From: Carcharhinus longimanus
Taxonomy: Eukaryota
Assembly: GCA_030264375.1 (NCBI GenBank)
Contig: JASCQW010000109.1
Location: 18,043,657-18,107,656, forward strand
Length of the DNA: 64,000 bases
Direction: 5' to 3'
Below, one piece after another: positions 37,961 through 49,444 of this stretch. Both the position numbers and the translations under genes were made by a program. The notes beneath the pieces were generated by a model, which saw only the letters and a program-made list of their open reading frames with translations, searched no databases and had not been told where the DNA came from. The number at the start of each line of letters is the position of its first letter. Position 1 is the stretch's first letter.

Positions 37961-40488
37961 ACCAAGTGATATAGATGATTCTGCCAGACTGGCCCGCAGC
38001 TAGTGAAAACGCCAGTGAGAGAACGACATGTTTTGTGGTGAGAGAATCCTATCTTCATAGTGAAGGCACCCTTATAGAAGACCACTGTGCTATATGGAAT
38101 AGATTGAGAATAGATCTAGCAGCTCAAACCTGGGCATCCATGAGGTGGCATGAGCCATCTAACAGCAGCAGAATTGTATTCAATCAAAACCTGTAACCTC
38201 ATGGCCTCGCATATCTCTCTCTACCATCACATCAGGCGATCAACCCTGGTTTATTGAGGAGTTTGTGGAAAGCAAACCGAGAGCAGCACAAACATACCTA
38301 AAAATAAGGTGCCAACCTGTTAAAGCTACAACCAGGACTACGTGTGCTACACAGCAGCAAAAGCAGCAGACTACAGACACAGCCAAGTAATCCCTCAACC
38401 AACAGATCAGATCACAGTTTTGCAGCCTGCTTCATCCAGTCATGAATGGTGAACAATTAAACAACTAACATGAGGAAGAGGGTCCACAACTATTCCCATC
38501 TTCAGTAGGAAAAAAAAATTCATATTTAACAGGCTAAATGAATTAAGATCAACGAAATGGACTTCAATTTCTTCTCACAAAGGGAAGAATCATTCCATGT
38601 GACATGGGAAATGAGGGACAAGAATCTTTATTTCACAGTACTGCTCAGTTGCGAGACAACGTGCATTTTTAGTTTAGATGTGTTAAATTGCATCTTGGAA
38701 TTCAGTTTTGAAGGTAATTATCGGATGAACTCAGCCAAAATATCAGGTTTTGTTTTGCATTTTTAAAGAAAAAAGTAGTGACAGTGGAAGAGAAGGAAAC
38801 CATAATCAGCATTGCCATTTACGCAGAGATCTTAACTGCATACTGGATAGGAAATCAACATATTTATAACATTATTGTTTAAAAAGTAAAGTACGGTTAA
38901 AAGCCCACTGGTTCTGATGTCCCAAAGTCCAACATCAAGATGCTGATTGGTCACTTTGTCATTTCCCAACCAATGAAGGTTTATTTACTGATAGAAACTA
39001 ATCAAGAGCATTTAATTCTTTGGTTGCCCTGTGCACCACAACAACCTCAAAATATGTAAGCAGATAATAAAGCAGAAATTACTGTGGATACATGACTATC
39101 TATTCTTGCCCATGCCAGTCAATGATACACATGTCCCATAGTTGGAAATGCAACAATGCCACTGGCATTTTCTTTGATTTAGTGGTACTCCAGTAGGCTG
39201 ATCTCATGCCATTTTTATGGTTGCATTACTTACAGGTATAACAATAGTACCTCCTTGCGACTCTGAACTGAATATTACTCTCGTTTGCATATACACTAAG
39301 TGCCACGAGCCTTTCAAAGACACCAAGGTAAGATTAAGTCATATACAAGTTGCTAAGATACCTTATTTTACAGCAGGTGAAGATGAAGCAGTAAGAGGAG
39401 ACTGTATGGTGAGCACCTTTGATCTAGCTTCTTCAGGCCTGGGGGTAGCAGGCAATGATGTTATTTGTTATTATGCAGTCTCCACCTTCTGCAGTCAAAG
39501 GGTTAGTAAAAAGAGTCTAAAGCTGTTGGACATCATAGTCTACTTCTCCACCAGCCAGATCAAAGAGAAGAGAGCCAGGACACTTGCTACCATCCATCTC
39601 TAGTTAAGAGAATGGAGGAGCTCAGTTAATGATTTTTTTTGAAATAACTGATTTTCAACAATCATGCAATTGGTGGATCCAGTCAATACAAGATCAAATA
39701 ACAATAGCAGTACAGCCTGAACATCTTACTGATCTTCCAAAGAAATTCAATCTTTAAATCTGTCAAGGAAGAGGCAACAAGGCATCCCCAGCCTCAAATA
39801 CAGGCAAGAGATAGGATCGAAGTCTCCAGTGCTAAATTTTACTCTACACTGATCTACTATTTTTAGGATGAAAATTTGACTATAGCAGCGTGTTATTATG
39901 TCAGTCACCAGGTAGAGATTCCTTGCCCTTTTTCACATCATCAATAAGGCGATTTTATATCCCTTCAAGCATGAAAGGAATCGCAACATACAATCCCCAA
40001 ACTGGCAGTAAACCTGACTCAGTAAGATCTAATAAAAAGAGAAATGGATTTGTTCACTTGGAGTAAAGTTCTGGTCATAAGTGACAACAAGTTGGTGTCA
40101 AACCAATTTTGAGTTAGTTGGTGCAAATCTACATAATATAACTAGTTACAACTGAACACTGATCAACACTACAATACAAAATTAATTCACACTGAAACAG
40201 TTCAAGGGCAGCATTACCTTCAGCTAGCGCACATTGCTACAAAATGTGGAAAAGTGTCTCACTCCCTGAATCTCACCTCCACAAACACACAATTAAGCTC
40301 AAAAAAAAACAAACAGCATAAGCCTAATGTAGAATCATGATATTTAAACTAACACACACTTACCACATGGAGAAGAAATTACATATGGGACTTTGCAGTC
40401 CAGGCCAAGTTTTTTCCCTCAGATAAAGGCCTTCACTAAGCACCCCAGCCTCAGTGAGAAGTTAAACTGTTGCCATCATTGAAAAGCT

Positions 40489-40540
40489 TATTAATGGAAG
40501 GAAGGAAAGATATTAATGGAAGGAAGGAAGGAAAGAAAGA
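40489..40540 (+). repeat. Short tandem duplication with (GGAA)n
   Basis: tattaatggaaggaaggaaaga is followed by tattaatggaaggaaggaaggaaaga. Confidence 0.8.
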
Positions 40541-41552
40541 TTTAACGAGGCCAGTTTTAAAGAGGGGCTATGATGGGAACCTAGGGAGCCAATCAGAATT
40601 CTAAATTTAATTACAGACTTCCTCATCTGATTTATGATGCTTATATGAATTTGAACATGCATTCTGCAACAATGGCACTCTTCACTTGTGGACAGTCATC
40701 ACTACAGAAGTTAGGACAAGAGTCCCCGGGAGTAGTTTTAAGCATCAATATTGTGATAGGGCATGCCAAAAATATCAAAAACAGAGGAAATGTCTTAAAC
40801 CACTGCCATACACAGTCAACTACATACCAGCTTTTCTAAACAGAGAGTAAGTAGTCAGAATAACTGCTCGATATGAAAACAATTCAAGCCTTCCAATTTC
40901 ATTACTTCAGAATTAAAGATTACCAGAAGGAAGATGACTCATTATCTAGAGACCACAGCACACAGAAGAACGCATATATGTGAAAAACCACTTGCAATGT
41001 GCATAGAGTATGCAAATACTAGAGAATAAGATGACAGGATGGCATGCGTGCAGTGAGGAGTTCAGAAAGCAAAATGGCAGATAAAGTAATTCCATTAATC
41101 ACCAACCTAACAGAGCAAGCTTCAGAGGCCCTTAATAAGGGCATGGACAATGGGAGTTGGCAAATGTGAACAGATTGCTTGCTTATTTGCCTAATTGCAG
41201 AATGTTGCACAGGGACTTCCTAATAGGATCACTTTGGAGAAAGTGATCTTTCACTGCTCTCCAGAACAGACAATTACAGAGCGGTCCACAGATTCCATTC
41301 TAGCAACTTTTGTGTTGCATGTAAATTCAAAAATCAATGTTTTCCATTTTAAACGGGCAAGCATCTGTTGAACACCATTAGCACCAACTGGCTGTGTTCA
41401 ATGGTCCAAGTGATTTCTGTGAAGGTGAGATCCAAGATTCGCAAAACAGATAGGTCTGACTACAGATGAAAGCAACCCCAATGGGGAATAAAAAGCCAGA
41501 CACACTATATTGGCAAAAAAAAGTTTGAAACTGCTGTGTATGATTCTCTTAC

Positions 41553-41630
41553 CAGGTTAATATTGAAGGCCTTGCAAGCCAGGTCATCCAAACTCTGTTT
41601 CTGCAGCTGCTCTGTGATGACAGTTACCAT
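41553..41630 (-). CDS. FAM53C: FAM53C, first coding exon ([26 protein letters not shown])
   Basis: Manual minus-strand translation from the ATG at 41630 (Kozak ACCATGG) gives 26 codons resembling human FAM53C [26 protein letters not shown]. It ends at a phase-0 donor CTG|GTAAGA. Too short for the ORF track. Confidence 0.93.
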
Positions 41631-41808
41631 GGTAACCTTCCTGCCTTTCCGCGTGTGCTGTGAAAAAGCGATCGAGCTCTTCCCTCTGCAACACTCGCCC
41701 CTTCACTCTGCCATGTTCCTTGTTCCAGTGGGTTCATTGGGAGGTAGTCATCTTAATAGTATGATGTAATACACAGTAGTACTTTCTTAATCCATTCTTC
41801 TAATTGCC
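41631..41808 (-). other. FAM53C: Putative 5' UTR part of the ATG-containing FAM53C exon
   Basis: The best upstream acceptor is ctctcttttacacag|GGC (AG at 41810-41809). CpGs are retained at 41650-41700. Confidence 0.6.
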
Positions 41809-42229
41809 CTGTGTAAAAGAGAGCACAACTTCGCATCAATTTTTAAAACATAATTTAATCAACATTCAAAGAGCCACCAATTAGCTCAGAAGTCTCTTCA
41901 CGTCTTTTAGTGATAGGAGCTTAGAAAGACATCAAATCAATGGTTCTTTCTAAACAGCCTTCACGTTACAGAATTGTTAACATTGTGCCTTCAGAGTCCT
42001 GCCATTGAGATTCCAGCCACTCCAATGGCATCAGTTACTTTGCTTCGAGCAAAAAGCTTCCATTTGTATAGAACATTATCATATTTTATATTAAATAACC
42101 ATCACTGCTACACACAGGGAAATGTGCCAGTCAAGCTACTTTAGTTCTCACAATATCCACTCTGATGCCAGAAGCACAGAAAGACTTGAAGAAATCAAAC
42201 AGAGTTATTAGACACTACATCAGATGGGA

Positions 42230-42500
42230 TGGTGACAAATAGAAATGTTGTGAGATCAGATAACCTGGTTGAGAGATAGATATTGGCCAAAACACCACAA
42301 TTCTCTTGTTCTTCTTCAAATAGAGTCCTAGGATCCTTTATATCTCATGAGGGGGCATAAAGAGGTTTGGATTAATCTGAAAGACAACACTTCCAACAGC
42401 ACACTATTGTCAATCTAGATTATATGTCCAAGTAAAAGTAGGGCTGGAACCCAAGGTCTGCTAACTCACTAGCTCTGCTATCACTGAACTACTGTTGACA
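42230..42500 (-). mobile_element. Deu-domain SINE fragment
   Basis: Similar to 1140-1410 (cagataacctggttgagagatagatattggcc...ttcttcttcaaatag...ggaacccaaggtctgctaactc). Confidence 0.55.
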
Positions 42501-43329
42501 TCAGGAAAGGGTTCAGGGAACACTGAAGTAGTTCATTACTTTAAATGGAGTTCAGCATTTCAAACAGGCAAGAAGCTGCTTCAAGACTCCCTATCCTCAA
42601 AAGAAAACGCACCATCAAAAAGGTTCAATGGATACAAAAGTGCAGAAATGCCACAGTGGTTAAATTATAAAATCTGGTCATTTGCTTCTGTATCTAGTGC
42701 CAGAGAGACAAAAAAACTTGCAAAATAAGCAACAACTGGTTCAGTAATGTCCTTCAGAGAAAAAAGAACAAATTCAGCCTGGCTTGCACATGATTAGTCT
42801 ACATAACGTGGATGACTCTTAATGCCCTCTGACATGATCCAACAAACCATATCAGTTCTGCAGGGAAGGGCAGTAAATCTCACCAAGATTTCAAGAACAA
42901 ACAGCAGACAGTGTAGTATACGCAACTGGTCAAGTTCCCCTTGGCTATGCCCTCCCTCAAACACCAATTTATAATATTTGCATCTAAGGAACAGAGTGCC
43001 ATTGAATGTCAAGCTTAATCAAGATGTGTAGCTACAGCGGCTTTGTGTTCTTGACAAAGGAACACCAACCACAGTAGAACCAGGTGTTGCAACACAGGTT
43101 CACGTGAAAACCACACTGTTCTTCCACAAATACTGGATCTATGAATACTACTGCGCACTTGTAAAACAGAGAACAAATTAGTACGAATTCAAAATAATCA
43201 TTACTGGAGGGATAGTTCTTTCAAATCTCAAGTGACAGTTGAATAATCAAGTTAAATTTTCAGCCAGTTTTATTCAAATAGGTTGTATTTACATTTTATT
43301 TGCTTATATGGATCGTGTTCTAAAAATTT

Positions 43330-43870
43330 GCTAGAAGTTAACTTACTCAACTATAAGCACAGCTTCAATGCAAACGCCTCCAACTGATCTGAGTTTATAA
43401 TGTATGTGCCTACTTTATTCCTGAAATGCATTTCCCTTGATTTTGTATAGATGCTTAGAACTCGGGAGTTGGTTCCATTGATACATCCATCATAGGAGTC
43501 TTGAGAGCAATCCTGAGCTTGCTCTGAAAGCAAAGTGCTCACTGATAAGCTGTGAAAGATGGACTTCATCTTGGTCACAATTTGGCCGACTGCACTCGTT
43601 TATCAATGCCACCAGTTTCTTAAAAACGCATCTTTTGTATTCCGATCAAGGATATTAGTGCTGAAGAATGGAACAAATCCTCATTTGCTGCGTCATGTGT
43701 CAGCATTTAGCTTTCCACAGCAGCAATATTATGGTTAGATGAAGACCAAAGTGTCTGGCACTCTGCCTTAAAGTCCTCTCCAATCCCAATAAGGGCATAC
43801 CCTCTCTGCATCAAGTGTGACATTGTTCCAATTTCCATATCGACTTTCCCATGACCCAAAGCAGATTTGC
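43330..43870 (-). mobile_element. Very old RTE-like LINE fragment
   Basis: Degenerate text resembling the RTE C-terminal region seen at 33180-33500 and 37370-37600. Confidence 0.35.
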
Positions 43871-44724
43871 CAATAAAGGTTGGGTTTTGTGCTCTCGGCC
43901 CATATCTATCATGAGCTCTATTCAGGATGCTCAAATACATTTCACATTAGAACTCATGCCTGTCAGATAGATTTGGATTGGAGCCCAGGTCCCAAAACCG
44001 AAAGGGCAGCGTTTAACCTACTTCATCACCAAATCTTCCTTAAAAGCAACACAAAATCACCTCGAGGAACTGAACTGGATGAGTAAAGACAGAATTTTTT
44101 TTTCAATTATTCCTTTCATCTCTCCTGTACACACTTTCAGCCAAATCGGATCAAATTTTGACCAAAAAATGGTTTCAAACTTGAGCCCCAAAAGTTAAAG
44201 CAGTGACGATGAAATCAATCAGGAATTTCAAAACACAGTTCAAAAAGTGTCATCCCAGGTGTGGCCCACCTACCCACATTCCTCAAGAGAAAGCTCAAGC
44301 ACTCCAGTAAAATGAGGCCTTTGAAAGGTACCCGACACAAGAGCTTCAACAAGGTAATGGTAAAGACAATCAATGTTCACTGAAACTACAGATCTGAAGT
44401 TAGAAAACGTGACAGTAAACCTTCCTAGTAATTTGAATGTAAAAAATTAAACACGTCAAATAAGTTGAGTGACATAACCACAAGAGGGTATGGACTCAAA
44501 ACTTAGAAGAAGAATAAAGTGAATAATTGAAGCAGAGTGAACCAACGAGCAGGGTAATGGCTGACGTACTCCAGCATGTTTTTTTGGAAAGTGAGACAGA
44601 TGGGGCTTTCTCCAGAAGAAATGGGTTATGGTAATGTTTACAACCTAGGCCAGCTAACCAATTGGACCACAATTAACTCTTCTTGTCCAAATTAAAATGT
44701 CATGTTTCATTTATTTTAAATGTA

Positions 44725-45018
44725 TGAAACAGCTGCAGAAAGAGGTCAATTGGCCCATCGAGCCTGCACTGACAACAGTCCCATCTCGGCCCTATCCCCT
44801 TAAGCCCACTTATTTACCCTACAAATTTCCCTGACATGAAGGGCAATTTAGCATGACGAATCCACCTTACACATTTTCGGAGAGTGGGAGGACACCAGAG
44901 GAAACATACGCCAACGTGGGGAGAATGGCTGCATGGAGTTTCCACCCAAGGCTAGAACTGAATCCAGGTCTTTGGCGCTGTGAGGTAACAGTGCTCAGCA
45001 ATGTGCCACCATGCCACC
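44725..45018 (-). mobile_element. HE1/V-SINE-type SINE (diverged)
   Basis: Colinear with 1774-2113 and ends aatgtgccaccatgccacc. Confidence 0.82.
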
Positions 45019-46562
45019 TTTTGTAAGAGACACTAAAGGATGGATAAACCAGCAGGCAAGAAGTGAATAAAAATATTACATAACTTTACTAAGACCTGCT
45101 TCAAACAGTAAACATAGAAAATAGGATCAGAAGTTGGCAAATTCAGCCCTTCAAGCCTACCCCGCCATTCAATCAGATTGTGGCTGATCTTTCCCTAGTC
45201 TCAAAAAAACCTCTTTACCAGCTGGGCAGCATGCTTGTCCAAAGCAGGGAAAGGACAAGATTAACTCAGTCACATAGCCAAGTGCGGCTACACAAGGCTC
45301 TTTACACTTTTGCATAACCCTGCATAGTGAAGATTTGAATCATTGCGCAAAACCCATTTGCCCCCGAGCAAATGGGGTACTGCACACCTACAGCATTTCA
45401 ATCATCATCATGCCAGCGTTGCGAGGTTACTGGCAGTCATGATCGAAGAGAAAGTAGTTTAGCATCAATGCTGAGCATATATTTGCACAAACAAAATAGC
45501 TTCTGAACCATGATATTCAATGGACTGGATAATGAGAATCATGCAACAACACAATTAGTACCACGTGTTGCTCAATCCAGGAGGCAATTGCCATGCATCA
45601 TCTCAAATTTGAGATATTAAACAATTTTCCTTAAATGATAAGCCACAAGTCTAATAATGGATTTTAATCTCCTGAAATCGCATTCAGGATATGATGGCAA
45701 TTCATCATATTACTATCATGGAATCTATAAAACTTTACTACTTTTTTCTCTTACATGTTAAAAGGTAGATTTTTCAGTATTTGTTGGGCATCTTGCTCCC
45801 AAACGCTGGAAGCTGCAACAGGAGTCCAACAACAACTTCCATCTTCAGAATTTTCAGACATGCATAGATATGATCCCCCCATTAATTGTGCAAGGCTGGA
45901 GTGGTGTTGTTCATAGGATTGCTCGGCATTTCATTGTGAAGGTGCTTAAAACTTGGACACAAGCCAAGAAACGGCTGGACGAGCCATTTAACCTGTGGGT
46001 TGATCCTGAGTGTGTACGCATTCATATGGTCCATATTCCACATGCACTTTCGGATTAATGATGGATCAATGATTTACCTCCTCTCCATTTTTTAATCCTC
46101 GGAAAGCTCTATGTTCTATGCCATCATAGTCTTTCACCCATGTGTCTTAAATACAAGAACTTGGAGAAATATTAGTTAAAAAGACATATGTAATGACAGA
46201 GTCTCAAAAAAAAATTTGGAGATCGAAGAAAAACATCCATTCAAATTTGGTAAATTGGTCAGGTCACAATGCAGCGAGATAAACTATTTCAATTTGAGGG
46301 AAACAAGTAGCTACCGCCCTAGAATCAGCTTTACTCGTGGAGGTGTTTATTACTACTGATCTTGACATCAGTTGCAGATCCAAGGTAGTTGTAGGGCTAA
46401 TAGCAGACTTGTATGGCACAATATTGTAATCAATTAGGGTTATTCTTTCTTCACGCACTATTATTTTGATGGACCACCCTCTCAGGTCAGTTGATAAACA
46501 GGTTCGAATCTTAGTGTTGAAATGGCAAGCATTTTTCAGAACACCATCCCATTATCCACACA

Positions 46563-46900
46563 GGTGGCACGGTAGCACAGTGGTTAGCACTGCTGCTTCA
46601 CAGCTCCAGGGACCTGGGTTCGATTCCTGTCTCAAGTCACTGTCTGTGTGGAGTTTGCATATTCTCCTCGTGTCTGTGTGGGTTTCCTCCGAGTGCTCCG
46701 GTTTCCTCCCACAGTCCAAAGACGTGCAGGTTAGATTGATTGGCCATGATAAAATTGCCCCTTAGTGTCCTGAGATGCGTAGGTTAGAGAGATTAGTGAG
46801 TAAAATACGTAGGGATATGGGAGTAGGGACCTGGGTGGGATTGTGGTCAGTGCAGACTTGACGGGCCGAAGGGTCTCTATCTGCACTGTAGCGTTCTATA
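46563..46900 (+). mobile_element. HE1/V-SINE-type SINE, best-preserved copy
   Basis: A box tagcacagtggt, B box ggttcgattcc, intact V-domain gggtttcctccgagtgctccggtttcctcccacagtccaaagac, CpGs retained. Confidence 0.92.
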
Positions 46901-47055
46901 ATTAATAGGTGGTCATGCACACTTGTGTTCCCATATTTGAACTGAAACATGCACGAGACAAGGAATTGTTACTGGAGTCTGGTTGTAGCCTCTGGGAGCT
47001 GGCTGCAAAACTGCATTCACAAACCACAGGGAGCAGCTAACCTAACATTTGTGCT

Positions 47056-47284
47056 AAAAACGGAAAATGCTAGAAAATCTCAGCAGGTCTGATAGCATCT
47101 GAGGGGAGAGAATAGAACCAATGTTTTGAGTCTGGATGACCCTTCGTCAGCTCTGACGAAGGATCAACTAGACTCAAAATGTTGGCTCTATTCTCTCTCC
47201 ACAGATGCTGTCAGACTTGCTGAGATTTTCCAGCATATTTTGTTTTTGTTTCACATTCCAGCACCTGCAGTATTTTGCTTTAAT
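47056..47284 (+). mobile_element. Palindromic Penelope-derived-like element, copy 2
   Basis: Inverted arms of about 95 bp centred on cttcgtcag-ct-ctgacgaag. Perfect 14-bp TSD ctaacatttgtgct (47042-47055, 47285-47298). Confidence 0.85.
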
Positions 47285-47789
47285 CTAACATTTGTGCTGT
47301 TGGAACTGTAGGACAGAAATCTGAATAAAGTAGGACTTTTAAAAAAATATTGGAGAGAGGCACTAACACATTAAGCAGAGGACAGCGAGACGCATAAGTC
47401 CAGGCACAAGTACTCGCCAGGGAATGCACCTCAACTGTGGTTAGAGGTCAGATTTTTAAAAAAAGAGATTATATATGGACACAAGCTGTTCTCCACAAAG
47501 GGACATTATCTTTTATGGGTTACCGGATCGCCAAAGACAAGGACAAGGGCACAGTGCCCTGGGCTAATCATAGGACTATCCAATTTGGCACATGCTAATT
47601 GGGCGATGGTTCAGAAGCAAGTCCTTCTTCTGAGATCCTTGCAATCTGTTCGGGATATATGCTATGATCTAGAGCTGGTGTAATTAATTCAGACTCATCA
47701 CTAGTTAATATAATTATGACACTGCATAATGCATCATTACTCTTGATGAAAGGAGGGTTTAGTGACCAGAGTGTTCAGGTAAATAAATC

Positions 47790-48330
47790 ACGAATGTCAA
47801 TAATATTTTCAGCTTTATAAATAGGGATAAAAGAGCAAAGAAGCAATGTTAAATATCAACTACACAATGAATCACAATGGAACTATATGTAGTTGTGGGT
47901 AGAAAGGACATTAGAAGTCATTAGGCATTGAGAAGGAAAGGCAACATCTATACATGAGGATGACATTAGGGTTGAGAAACCATAGTTATGACAGACCGGA
48001 GACGTGGAGGGTTATTTTCTTCCTCCCTCCATAGGAGGTCAAGGAGCTATAACAAAGATTTTATTATGAAGAGTTTTGATGCAGAAGGATGTTCTTCTCT
48101 AACTAGAATGTCAATGACAATTAAGAAGCAAATTAAAATGATTAGGAGAAACAAGAGTTGTTAGAGCAAGTAAAGTTTTGCAACAGGAAGTAGCTGATGC
48201 AGAGGCCACTACAATTTTTAAAATGAAAGGTAGATAAACTCTTGAACTGGAGTTGTGGAAATAGAAAAGAATCTATTCATATTTCCTTCAGTACAAAGAT
48301 AGCAGGGATGAATGGTCTCTTTCTGTGCTG
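47790..48330 (+). mobile_element. Very old CR1 3' fragment
   Basis: Degenerate CR1 3' text ending gatgaatggtctctttctgtgctg. Confidence 0.45.
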
Positions 48331-49154
48331 GGTTCAAATGCAATCTACGAAATGACAGTCTTCTCTCGCTCTGCTGGTTGCTCCTTCACAAAAAGGGATG
48401 AGGTAGTGCCAACTTAGCCCTTGTGCAAATGGACCCAAAACTGGCCTTTCATCTACCACAATGTGGCTGATGTAGGAAATGGAAATCTTTGCAAGTACAG
48501 AATACTCTGCTGAAATTATGTCCAATCCACATTTCAAAGACAGAGTGGAAAATAGCTTTATTCTGCAGCAGACTGTGCTACAACTAACGTGCTAATACAC
48601 AAGGTTGACGCTAACTACCTAAAATAGCAAATACATTGACCAGAGTCAACAACCCTCACCTTAAAAAAACACCAAGAGAAAAAGAGAGCAATTTTGATTG
48701 ATGTTGCTCAGGACTTAGTAAAAACAGGATGTACACAGATGTAAATCAACAATGATTGAAAATTAATTTTGCCAAGATTCGATGTTTTAAGGAGATATTA
48801 ACAAGATCACAACCCCACACTCCAAACAGCTTGCCAGGCAAATGGAAGCACTGAGCTGTTCGCATTTCCATTTTCAGTTATGAAATTAACTGCAGTTTGA
48901 TGACTGCTTTTTTCACAGCTAATACATGAAGTGTGCACTTTTCATCAACCACTCTGGTGCATTGTGGGTGGGGCCTTCAGTCAGTCCACTAATTGGTTGT
49001 CAGTCATCCAACAAGCTTCTCTGACCACATTGGTAAAAAGTAGTTATCATACTGAGCGCTGTGAATAAAATGTAGATTAAACAATGATCATGTTACCTTT
49101 CTGGTGAGCGGCAATCCCATAAATTATAGGCTTAGTAAACAGATAGTATTTTGA

Positions 49155-49444
49155 ATAGAATCCCTACAGTGCAGGAGGCCACAATCCCACCCAGGCCACA
49201 TCCCCATAACCAGAGGCATTTACCCCAGCTAATCTCCCTGACACCAAGGGGCAATTTTTAGCATGGCCAATCCACCTAACCCGCCCATCTTTGGACGGTG
49301 GGAGGAAACTGGAGTACGCAGAGCAAACCCACGCAGACACGGGGAGAACATGCAAACTCCAAACAGACAATGACCCCAGGCCAGGAATCGAGCCTGGCTC
49401 CCCGGTGGAGAGGTAGCAGTGCTAACCACTGTGTCACCATCACC
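49155..49444 (-). mobile_element. HE1/V-SINE-type SINE
   Basis: ggcaatttttagcatggccaatccacctaacccgc...gcagtgctaaccactgtgtcacc. Confidence 0.88.

Noticed and set aside
39217-39603. 128-aa plus-strand ORF with exon-like sites at about 39374-39408
   Set aside because: No recognisable homology and no partner exons on the plus strand.
40364-40436. Strong minus-strand donor GTG|GTAAGT as a candidate second coding exon
   Set aside because: In-frame stop and no good acceptor. The exon at 31406-31463 fits size, phase and homology.
46563-46640. tRNA-like A and B boxes
   Set aside because: This is a SINE head continuing into the V-domain body, not a tRNA gene. The same applies to the other HE1 copies.
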